Below, piece by piece: positions 1 through 8,463 of a DNA stretch of 43,150 bases. Source of the stretch: Thermodesulfobacteriota bacterium (lineage in GTDB: Bacteria > Desulfobacterota_D > UBA1144); the NCBI GenBank assembly GCA_029246845.1, contig JAQWMJ010000022.1:1-43150 (forward strand), read 5' to 3'. Within the stretch, counting starts at the first letter, position 1. Each line of letters begins with the position of its first letter. The notes under the pieces were generated by a model. It ran no database searches, had not been told where the DNA came from, and was given only the letters and a program-made list of their open reading frames with translations. Made by a program: the position numbers and the translations under genes.

Positions 1-321
1 TACAATATCAATGGTGATTATGCAGCTTCAAAAATTGCTTCATCATTAAATGCTGAGAAACTTATTATACTTACTGATGTTGAAGGTATAAAAGATAAAA
101 ATAATAATTTAATTTCATCTATCTCTAAGAAAAGAGCTAATTTATTAATTAAGAGTGGAGTTATAGCTTCTGGGATGGTTCCAAAGGTAAAATGTATGAT
201 AGATGCGTTAACGGAAGGGGTTAAGAAAGCTCACATTATTGATGGCAGAATACCTCATTCTTTAGTTTTAGAAACTTTTACTGACACTGGAATCGGGACT
301 GAGATATTATTATTAAACTAG
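1..321 (+). CDS. argB: acetylglutamate kinase, C-terminal part (5' truncated by window edge)
   Basis: My translation of frame 1: YNINGDYAASKIASSLNAEKLIILTDVEGI...GMVPKV...AHIIDGRIPHSLVLETFTDTGIGTEILLLN*, the typical ArgB C-terminus; lies directly before argD and argF. Confidence 0.95.
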   Translation, partial: YNINGDYAASKIASSLNAEKLIILTDVEGIKDKNNNLISSISKKRANLLIKSGVIASGMVPKVKCMIDALTEGVKKAHIIDGRIPHSLVLETFTDTGIGTEILLLN

Positions 322-1511
322 ATAAAATACTTTTAGAGAATAATAAATATTTAATTCAAAACTATCAAAGATTTCCAATAGAAATGATTAAGGGTGATGG
401 GTCATATGTATGGGACTCCAAAGGAAAGAAGTATTTAGATTTTATTTCTGGTATTGCCGTAAACAACTTGGGACATAATAATAAAAAAGTTAATAAAGCT
501 ATCTTAAGCCAATTGACGAAGATGTTGCACATTTCAAATCTTTTCGTCATCAAAGAGCAGGTTAATTATGCAAAAGAATTATGTAAAAATAAAAAAGGGT
601 ATAAGGCTTTCTTCTGCAATAGTGGTACTGAGGCAAATGAGGCCGCATTTAAGCTTGCCAGAAGATGGGGACTTTTAAATGGGGGAAAAAGTACAATTGT
701 TTCTTTCTCTGGCGCTTTTCATGGGAGAACTTTTGGTTCCTTGAGCGCTACTTCACCAAAAAAATACAGATACGGATTTTACCCATTAACACCTGGTTTC
801 AAAAGTGTAACCTTTAATGATATAGATAAATTAGAGGCTTTGGTAAAAAAAGATAAAAAAATTGCTGCTATTATAGTTGAACCTATTCAAGGAGAAGCAG
901 GTGTTAAATTCAGCAATAAGGGTTTCTTAAAAAAAATTGAGGTAATTTGCAAAACCTATAATATATTATTTATAGTTGACGAAGTTCAAGTTGGAATTGG
1001 TAGAACCGGAAAAACTTTTTGCCATGAACATTATAATATAAGTCCAGATATAATAACTCTAGCAAAAGCATTAGGTGGAGGCTTACCTTGTGGTGCAATG
1101 TTAGTTAATCCAAGATTCTCTGATTTTCTAACCCCAGGTTCACACGGAACTACAATGGGTGGTAACCCATTATCTATGGCCGCTGGAAAAGCTTCATTCA
1201 AGCAGATTTCAAAAGCAACCTTCTTAAGCTCAGTCGAAAAGAAGGGCAAATTCTTTTTAAAAAAACTAAAGAAAATTCAAAATAATCAAATGATTAAAGA
1301 GGTTAGAGGCCTTGGTCTAATTCTAGCTATTGAGTTTAATTCAGACAGTCAGGCTAGAAAATTTTGCTCCTATTGTCTTAAAATGGGGCTACTAGTAATT
1401 CTTACAGAGACATATAATGTTAGAATTTTACCTCCTTTAAATGTTAAAATTAAGGAAATAAATGAAGCTATGACAATTTTTCTTGGCGCCTTGGAGCAGA
1501 CTTATGACTAG
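312..1511 (+). CDS. argD: acetylornithine aminotransferase (class III PLP enzyme); probable ATT start upstream of the ORF-track ATG at 384
   Basis: Motifs YLDFISGIAVNNLGH, NSGTEANEAA, FHGRT, EPIQGE, DEVQVGIGRTG, LAKALGGG, HGTTMGGNP. In-frame upstream extension KYLIQNYQRFPIEM matches the usual ArgD N-terminus; exact start uncertain. Confidence 0.9.
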   Translation: MKLDKILLENNKYLIQNYQRFPIEMIKGDGSYVWDSKGKKYLDFISGIAVNNLGHNNKKVNKAILSQLTKMLHISNLFVIKEQVNYAKELCKNKKGYKAFFCNSGTEANEAAFKLARRWGLLNGGKSTIVSFSGAFHGRTFGSLSATSPKKYRYGFYPLTPGFKSVTFNDIDKLEALVKKDKKIAAIIVEPIQGEAGVKFSNKGFLKKIEVICKTYNILFIVDEVQVGIGRTGKTFCHEHYNISPDIITLAKALGGGLPCGAMLVNPRFSDFLTPGSHGTTMGGNPLSMAAGKASFKQISKATFLSSVEKKGKFFLKKLKKIQNNQMIKEVRGLGLILAIEFNSDSQARKFCSYCLKMGLLVILTETYNVRILPPLNVKIKEINEAMTIFLGALEQTYD

Positions 1512-2394
1512 ATCACTTCTTTCAGTTTCAGACTTGAATAGGAAAGAAATAGAAAAGATTTTTATGAAAATGAAAACCTTTAAAACAAAATCTTCCTCGA
1601 AGTATAAAGGAAAGTCTATTGGTCTACTTTTTGAGAAGCACTCTACGAGGACAAGATTATCTTTTGAAGTAGCTATCTCTAGATTGGGGGCTTACCCAAT
1701 TTATATAAATAAGTCAGATACTCAGATTTCTAGGGGCGAGTCCATTGCAGAAACTGCAAAAATATTTTCTTTATATTTAGACGCACTAATCTATAGAACT
1801 TCAGATCAAAAAAATATGAAGAAATTCCATGATTCTTCATCTATCCCCATAGTAAATGCACTTTCTGATGATGAACATCCAACTCAGATTATTTCTGATA
1901 TTTATACAATTAATGAACTTTCTAAAAAGGGAAATTTGCAAAAAATGAAGATTGTTTATTTTGGGGATGGAAATAATATCGCTAATTCCCTATGTATTAT
2001 AGCTAACATTCTTAATTTAAATCTAGTTATATGTTGCCCTAAGGGATATGAGCCAGAATTGAAGAAATTAAATTTGATAAATTCTAATATAGTTATAGAA
2101 AACGATCCTAAAAAGGCAGTTGGTAACGCTGATGTTATTTATACTGATGTTTGGACTAGTATGGGTATGGAAAAACAAGAGAAAAAAAGATTAAAAGACT
2201 TTCAGGGGTACCAGGTTAACCAAGATTTAACATCTCTCGCAAACAAGTCTCATCTTTTCATGCATTGCTTGCCAGCACATCTAGATGAGGAAGTTACTTC
2301 AGATGTTCTTCATTCAAAAAATTCAATAATCTATAAGCAGGCTGAAAATAAAGTTTACGCTGCAATGGCTATATTGGATTTTCTTTTAAGTTAG
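1504..2394 (+). CDS. argF: ornithine carbamoyltransferase
   Basis: STRTRLSFE, HPTQ, DVWTSMG, HCLP and QAEN motifs; ATG at 1504 preceded by GGAG at 1493-1496. Confidence 0.95.
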   Translation: MTRSLLSVSDLNRKEIEKIFMKMKTFKTKSSSKYKGKSIGLLFEKHSTRTRLSFEVAISRLGAYPIYINKSDTQISRGESIAETAKIFSLYLDALIYRTSDQKNMKKFHDSSSIPIVNALSDDEHPTQIISDIYTINELSKKGNLQKMKIVYFGDGNNIANSLCIIANILNLNLVICCPKGYEPELKKLNLINSNIVIENDPKKAVGNADVIYTDVWTSMGMEKQEKKRLKDFQGYQVNQDLTSLANKSHLFMHCLPAHLDEEVTSDVLHSKNSIIYKQAENKVYAAMAILDFLLS

Positions 2395-4024
2395 ATTGCA
2401 GCATAGCTTTTTTCCTTCTATCTCTATGGAATGTTAAAGCAAATCTATGAGCTTCATTTCTAGCATTTATTAATATATTTAAAGCTTTTATATTTTCTGA
2501 AAAGTCAGCAGGTTTAGATTGATTCATTGTATATATCTTATCATTTTTTTCATTTTTTCTGGGTTTAGCAATAGAGGCTATGTCTATATTATTAAGATTT
2601 AATTTCGCTATCTTGTTGAGGTGACCTTTCCCACCATCTAAGAGTATTAAATCTGGAGGTTCCCAACCCTTATCGTTGATTCTTTTTAACCTACGATCGA
2701 CAGCTTCGAGCATCATAGCATAATCATTTGGCCCCTTGGTAGTGATTTTAAATTTCTTATATTGACTTTTATCAGGAACTCCATTTACAAACGTTACCAT
2801 CGAAGCTACGGGGTTTGTTCCTTGAGTATTAGAAATATCGAAACATTCTATTTTATTAGGTAACTTCTTCAGATTTAGCGCTAGTTTAATTTTATTTAAC
2901 GATAGTTTCACTTCCTCTTCCTCTTTAATATTCTGGACAATATAACCCTCGGCATTATCGTTAGCGAGTTTTATCAAGTGATTGCTATTCTTTTTAATAG
3001 ATACCTCTATTTTATTTTTGGAAAAAGTAAAATCCTTTAAATCTTTTTTCAATTCTAATATACAAGGAAAATCTTGAGCTAATATTATTTTTTCTGGAAT
3101 AGAAGTTTTTTTTGAATAAAATTGTGAGACTAGTTGGTAGATATCTAAATCAATATTCTTTGATTTTGCTTCTATATACAAGTTGGCTTTATCTATTATG
3201 TAACCACCTCTAAAAAAAAGAATTACGATTTGAATTTTTTTATCTAAAATATAGAATCCTATAACGTCAGTATTTACTAGTTCTTCTTTAGGTGTAGAAT
3301 TGAAGTAATAATTATTTGATAGAAATGATAACTCATCTCTGTAAAACGATGCTTCTTCAAATTGTTCATGTTTTGCCATCCGATTCATCTTTTCTTCTAA
3401 TTCTTTTTTTAACTTCCCTATTTTTCCTTTGAATATTGTTTTAATTGATGAAATATTCTGGCTATAAGTATCTTTTAAATTAGCATCATCACAGGGCCCA
3501 AGGCACATATCAATATTCTTATAAACACAGGCTCTTTTTCTATGTAGCTTAAATTTGCTTTCACTACAATCTCTTATCCCAAATATTTTTTGAAATAATT
3601 TTTTAGTTTTTTTTAACCCATCAGATGATTTGAATGGACCTAAATATATTGAGTTTGAATCGTCACACTTTCTAGATGATGAGATTCTAGGGAACTCTCT
3701 GTTTAATTCTATCCTAAGGGATGCATAAGTTTTATCGTCTTTGAGTAATATATTGTATTTTGGTTGTCTTATTTTAATGGTTTTGCTTTCTAGCATTAAT
3801 GCCTCTTCCTCGCTATTAGTTGAGGTAAAGTCTATGTCGCAGGCTTCCTTCATGAGGAACTCTATGTTTAGCCTACTATCACGTGATTTTGAGAAATATG
3901 AAGAAATTCTTTTTTGGAGATTTTTAGCTTTGCCAACGTAAAGAGTTTCACTATTTTTGTTTTTAAATATGTAAATTCCTGGTTTAGAAGGAAGATTCTT
4001 TACAATGACTTCATCGATTCTCAT
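2369..4024 (-). CDS. uvrC: excinuclease ABC subunit C lacking the C-terminal HhH domain
   Basis: GIY-YIG domain (PGIYIF...LYVGKAKNL), Cys cluster, UVR region (FEEASFYRD), RNase H-like domain (FDISN, DYAMM, LDGGKG, EAHRFA). Confidence 0.93.
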   Translation of the reverse strand: MRIDEVIVKNLPSKPGIYIFKNKNSETLYVGKAKNLQKRISSYFSKSRDSRLNIEFLMKEACDIDFTSTNSEEEALMLESKTIKIRQPKYNILLKDDKTYASLRIELNREFPRISSSRKCDDSNSIYLGPFKSSDGLKKTKKLFQKIFGIRDCSESKFKLHRKRACVYKNIDMCLGPCDDANLKDTYSQNISSIKTIFKGKIGKLKKELEEKMNRMAKHEQFEEASFYRDELSFLSNNYYFNSTPKEELVNTDVIGFYILDKKIQIVILFFRGGYIIDKANLYIEAKSKNIDLDIYQLVSQFYSKKTSIPEKIILAQDFPCILELKKDLKDFTFSKNKIEVSIKKNSNHLIKLANDNAEGYIVQNIKEEEEVKLSLNKIKLALNLKKLPNKIECFDISNTQGTNPVASMVTFVNGVPDKSQYKKFKITTKGPNDYAMMLEAVDRRLKRINDKGWEPPDLILLDGGKGHLNKIAKLNLNNIDIASIAKPRKNEKNDKIYTMNQSKPADFSENIKALNILINARNEAHRFALTFHRDRRKKAMLQSNLKENPI

Positions 4025-4034
4025 AATTTATATG

Positions 4035-4068
4035 TTAGCTGATTTTAAAAATTTAGAAAATCAGCTAA
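4035..4068. repeat. perfect 12-bp inverted repeat TTAGCTGATTTT-N10-AAAATCAGCTAA between divergent uvrC and nth
   Basis: Arms 4035-4046 and 4057-4068 are exact reverse complements. Confidence 0.85.
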
Positions 4069-4095
4069 ATTTTTAAGGTAAGGTTTGAGTTTTAT

Positions 4096-4749
4096 ATGTT
4101 AAAAAAAGAAAGAGCAATCTATATTGTTAAGAAACTTGAAGAAGTTTATCCCGAAACCCCAATACCCTTGGATAGTAAATCAAAATTTCAATTGCTAATA
4201 GCTGTTCTTCTTAGTGCCCAATGTACAGATAAAAGAGTTAATAAAATCACTCCAAAACTATTCTCTCATGGTCCAGATGCTTTGGCAATGTCTAAACTAC
4301 CTTTAGACACTATTTATGAAACTATAAGATCCTGCGGTCTTGCACCACAAAAGTCAAAAGCTATCTTGAGCTTATCAAAGATTCTGATTAAAAAATATGA
4401 AGGAAAGGTGCCGGAAGATATAACATTATTAGAGGAGCTTCCTGGTGTAGGACATAAAACTGCGAGTGTTGTCATGTCCCAAGGGTTCGGTTACCCAGCT
4501 TTTCCTGTGGACACCCATATTCATCGTTTAGCACAAAGATGGGGTTTAACTAAAGGGAAGAATGTGAAAGAAACAGAGAGAGATTTAAGGAAAGTCTTTC
4601 CAAAATCCCTTTGGAACAAATTGCATCTTCAAATCATTTTCTATGGTCGGGAGTTCTGTACGGCAAGGGGTTGTGATGGTAAAAAATGTGAGATTTGTAT
4701 TAAATGTTATCCGAATCGGGTTAAACCATTTAAGGCAAGTAAGCCCTAA
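4096..4749 (+). CDS. nth: endonuclease III (HhH-GPD glycosylase/AP lyase)
   Basis: LLIAVLLSAQCTD, LPGVGHKTA, VDTHIHR and a C-terminal Cys cluster. Confidence 0.95.
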   Translation: MLKKERAIYIVKKLEEVYPETPIPLDSKSKFQLLIAVLLSAQCTDKRVNKITPKLFSHGPDALAMSKLPLDTIYETIRSCGLAPQKSKAILSLSKILIKKYEGKVPEDITLLEELPGVGHKTASVVMSQGFGYPAFPVDTHIHRLAQRWGLTKGKNVKETERDLRKVFPKSLWNKLHLQIIFYGREFCTARGCDGKKCEICIKCYPNRVKPFKASKP

Positions 4750-4781
4750 TGTCGTTATTTTTTAAATCCTTGGTATTTTGA

Positions 4782-4822
4782 TAAAAAGAGGCTCGTTAAT
4801 TGTATAATAGAGCCTCTTTTTA
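4782..4822. terminator. bidirectional intrinsic terminator between convergent nth and glnA
   Basis: TAAAAAGAGGCTC-N15-GAGCCTCTTTTTA inverted repeat with A/T tails on both sides. Confidence 0.85.
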
Positions 4823-4827
4823 GAATT

Positions 4828-6246
4828 TTAAACACCGTAATAAAGAACAAATTCATACGGGTTAGGCCTTGTTCTCCAAGGAGTCACCTCTTCATCCATT
4901 TTATAATCTATGAATCCTTGTATAAGTTCTTTAGTGAAAACATTTCCTTCTAGTAGGAATTTATGATCTTTTCTCAGAGCCTCAAGAGCTTCGGCAAGCG
5001 AGGCTGGAACATTAGGATACTTAGCAAGCTCTTTCTCGGAAAGCGTATAGATATCCTTTTCAAGTTCGGGTGTTGGTTTGATCTTATTTTTAATTCCGTC
5101 CATACCTGCCATAAATAAAGCAGCAAAAATAAGGTAGCAATTACCTGCGGGATCAGGAAATCTCGTCTCAATCCTTTTAGCTTTTGGGCTTTGTGAATAC
5201 ATAGGTATCCTTATCGCGGCACTTCGGTTTCTAGCGGAGTGAGCTAGAACTATGGGTGCTTCGTATCCTGGAACTAACCTCTTATATGAATTAATTGTTG
5301 AATTTGAAAAAGCACAAATTGCACGGGCATGCTTTAAGACTCCACCTATATAATGAAGTGCCATATCGCTAAGACCAGCATATTTATTTCCCGCAAATAA
5401 TGGTTTTGATCCTTTCCAAATCGATTGGTGAACGTGCATTCCCGAGCCATTATCTGCATAAACAGGTTTAGGCATAAAAGTTGCAGATTTACCATGCGCT
5501 TTAGCTACATTCTTTACTATGTATTTATACCAAAGCGTATCATCGGCCATTTGTCTTAAGGGAGCAAACCGAAGGTCAATCTCAGCTTGACCTGGACCAC
5601 CTACCTCATGATGGTGACATTCAACTGTAAGGCCACATTCTTGCATCACGGACACCATTTCTGAACGGATATCATTATAAGTATCTTGAGGAGAAAGTGG
5701 AAAATATCCTTCTTTATATCTAATTTTATGGCCAGTATTTGGAACTTCGTCTTCTCCCATATTCCATTCTGCTTCAACCGAGTCTACAGAATAAAAAGCT
5801 GTATTTGGAGTGGATTCATATCTGATATCATCAAATACAAAGAATTCTAATTCAGGACCAAAAAATGCTGTATCACCAACACCGGATTTTTTCAAATAGT
5901 CTTCAGCCTTCGTAGCTACATATCTAGGATCGAGATCGTACCTTTCACCAGTCAGTGGATCTACAATATCACACATCATTGCCAAAGTAGGATAGGCAGT
6001 AAATGGATCAACTTTTGCTGTAGCAGGGTCAGGCATTATCAACATATCACTATTGTTAATATCTTTCCATCCTCTTATGCTTGAACCATCAAAGCCCATT
6101 CCATCTTTAAAGGTTCCTGCATCAATCTCTGATACAGGGAAAGTAGTATGTTGCCAGGTTCCTAACAAATCACAGAACCTTAAATCAACAAATTCAATTT
6201 TTTTTGCTTTAATTAACTTTAAAACATCACTAGCTTTATAACTCAT
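4828..6246 (-). CDS. glnA: glutamine synthetase type I
   Basis: FDGSSIRGW, HHHEV, TFMPKP, NGSGMHVHQS, YKRLVPGYEAP, RNRSAAIRIP, RIETRFPD; adenylylation-type DIY site; GGAGG RBS. Confidence 0.98.
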   Translation of the reverse strand: MSYKASDVLKLIKAKKIEFVDLRFCDLLGTWQHTTFPVSEIDAGTFKDGMGFDGSSIRGWKDINNSDMLIMPDPATAKVDPFTAYPTLAMMCDIVDPLTGERYDLDPRYVATKAEDYLKKSGVGDTAFFGPELEFFVFDDIRYESTPNTAFYSVDSVEAEWNMGEDEVPNTGHKIRYKEGYFPLSPQDTYNDIRSEMVSVMQECGLTVECHHHEVGGPGQAEIDLRFAPLRQMADDTLWYKYIVKNVAKAHGKSATFMPKPVYADNGSGMHVHQSIWKGSKPLFAGNKYAGLSDMALHYIGGVLKHARAICAFSNSTINSYKRLVPGYEAPIVLAHSARNRSAAIRIPMYSQSPKAKRIETRFPDPAGNCYLIFAALFMAGMDGIKNKIKPTPELEKDIYTLSEKELAKYPNVPASLAEALEALRKDHKFLLEGNVFTKELIQGFIDYKMDEEVTPWRTRPNPYEFVLYYGV

Positions 6247-6271
6247 TTATTCCTCCAATTTTTTAAAAAAT

Positions 6272-6685
<414 letters not shown>

Positions 6686-6708
6686 CTAATATTCTCATAT
6701 ATACGATG

Positions 6709-6724
6709 GCAACAAATGTGCCAA
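6709..6724 (-). promoter_or_regulatory. sigma54 (-24/-12) promoter of glnB-glnA
   Basis: Minus strand reads TTGGCAC-ATTTG-TTGC, a full match to TGGCAC-N5-TTGC, about 100 bp upstream of glnB. Confidence 0.85.
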
Positions 6725-6732
6725 TTAAAGAA

Positions 6733-8457
6733 TTACTTCCTAGCACTGAATTTTAACCCAGCTTTTGCTCTATCCCAGGTGGTATCAGTGATTTCTTTAA
6801 GAGCGGCTACTTTAACTTTCTGTGTTGCGGTAACAGGGAATCCATCTTTAAAGATTTCAATAAATCTTGGAACCATGGCAATTATAGCTTTTTCTGCCAT
6901 CCATTTGCAGAATTCAATTTCATCAAATTTCTCATCATTTTTAACTATTATGTTTAGCTTTAGTTCATCATCTGATATATCAGGAAGCCTAACCCCTACG
7001 GCAATAGCGTCTTGAATTGATGAGTACTCTAGAGCTAAATCAGCTACAGCAGTTGGATCAACATTTTCACCAGATACCCTTAGACGAGAATACCTTCCCA
7101 TAAAGTAGAATCTACCATCAGTGCCCTCGGCAAAGATATCATCAGAATTAAAAAACCCCTCATCATCGAAGGCTTCTCTTGTTCTTCTTTCATCTTTAAA
7201 ATATTCATTAAGTGTTGTATTTGGGACATGAGGTTTAATAAAAAGTAATCCCTTAGAGCTATCCGGGGGGCTTTTTTCTTTTGTTGGATCCCAGCTTGGC
7301 CTTATTACCTTATTGATATTTTCTGGATCTCTAATTTCCAAATAGTAACCCTCTACGGGGTACCCACAAGACCCTACTCTTTGATCTTCTGGATTTTTCC
7401 ATAGGGGCATACCCATTTCCGTTGAACCGTAACCTTCTACTATTTTAAGATTAAATCTTTTTTCAAATGCAGTAACATTTTTAGGGGCAGGTCCAGCAAG
7501 GACGGTTCTAATTGAATGCTTCTTGTCAAAGTCACTTACTTTTGATGACCATAAATATTCCGAAACTGCACCCAAAAAATTTGTAACAGTTGCCCCACAA
7601 TCATTAGCCCATTTGAAAAAGTTTGATGCAGAGAACTTAGGAAAGAAAACTGCAGTGGCACCAGCTCCAATCGAAGTAAATAAACACATTGCTTGAGCGT
7701 TCGCATGCCCGAGTGATAAAACACTCATTAAAATATCTTCTGACCTTATACCCTGATATTGCAGATAACTTCTTACTGTCATGACTACCCCACCATGCTC
7801 TCTAACGACACCTTTAGGCATACCTGTTGTTCCAGATGTAAACATACATCTTTCTTGATCTTCGATTTTAATTTCAATTCCTGGATTTTGGTCAGTAAAC
7901 TTATATAAATCTACAAAACTACTTACTTTAATTCCTCTAATATCCTGAGGAATAGTTTCTGATCCAGCAACAATATAGATAATTTTTAGATTAGTGAGTT
8001 TGTCCGCAATTTCTTCGATTAAAGGAAGCCCACTAAGATCAACCACTAACGCTTGCATCTCCGAATAATTTATTACATAAGCTAGCCTTTCACCTTTCTC
8101 GTCTTTATTAATTGGAACTTGGACACCACCGGTTTTATGAGTACCCAGAATCGAAAAAACGAATTCAGCACAATTTAGCATGTACATGCCAACTTTGTCT
8201 CCTTTTTTGATTCCAAAATCAATAAGTCCGTTTGCTACTTGATTAGATTTCTGATTTGTCTCTAGGTAAGAGTATTCTTCAATCACCTTTCCATCAGAAT
8301 TGCCAATCTTAAACATTAGTTTTTCTGGATAGTTTTTAGCACCAGATTCAAGATATTTTGTTAAAGGCTTCCATTCATTTATTTGGTCAAAGTAGCCATT
8401 TGGGAGTGTTCCCACTCCCAAATACTCTTTTTTTATGGGTTTAAAGCAAAGCTCCAT
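6733..8457 (-). CDS. AMP-dependent acyl-CoA ligase (CaiC-like), paralogue 2
   Basis: FTSGTTGMPKG P-loop, GYGSTE, C-terminal PVTATQKVK with the catalytic Lys. Confidence 0.88.
   Translation of the reverse strand: MELCFKPIKKEYLGVGTLPNGYFDQINEWKPLTKYLESGAKNYPEKLMFKIGNSDGKVIEEYSYLETNQKSNQVANGLIDFGIKKGDKVGMYMLNCAEFVFSILGTHKTGGVQVPINKDEKGERLAYVINYSEMQALVVDLSGLPLIEEIADKLTNLKIIYIVAGSETIPQDIRGIKVSSFVDLYKFTDQNPGIEIKIEDQERCMFTSGTTGMPKGVVREHGGVVMTVRSYLQYQGIRSEDILMSVLSLGHANAQAMCLFTSIGAGATAVFFPKFSASNFFKWANDCGATVTNFLGAVSEYLWSSKVSDFDKKHSIRTVLAGPAPKNVTAFEKRFNLKIVEGYGSTEMGMPLWKNPEDQRVGSCGYPVEGYYLEIRDPENINKVIRPSWDPTKEKSPPDSSKGLLFIKPHVPNTTLNEYFKDERRTREAFDDEGFFNSDDIFAEGTDGRFYFMGRYSRLRVSGENVDPTAVADLALEYSSIQDAIAVGVRLPDISDDELKLNIIVKNDEKFDEIEFCKWMAEKAIIAMVPRFIEIFKDGFPVTATQKVKVAALKEITDTTWDRAKAGLKFSARK
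7160..7209. repeat. 50-bp exact direct repeat shared by the two ligase paralogues (copy 1; copy 2 at 8891-8940)
   Basis: tcatcatcgaaggcttctcttgttcttctttcatctttaaaatattcatt is identical at both positions; offset 1731 equals the gene offset. Confidence 0.9.
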
Positions 8458-8463
8458 TAGAGC

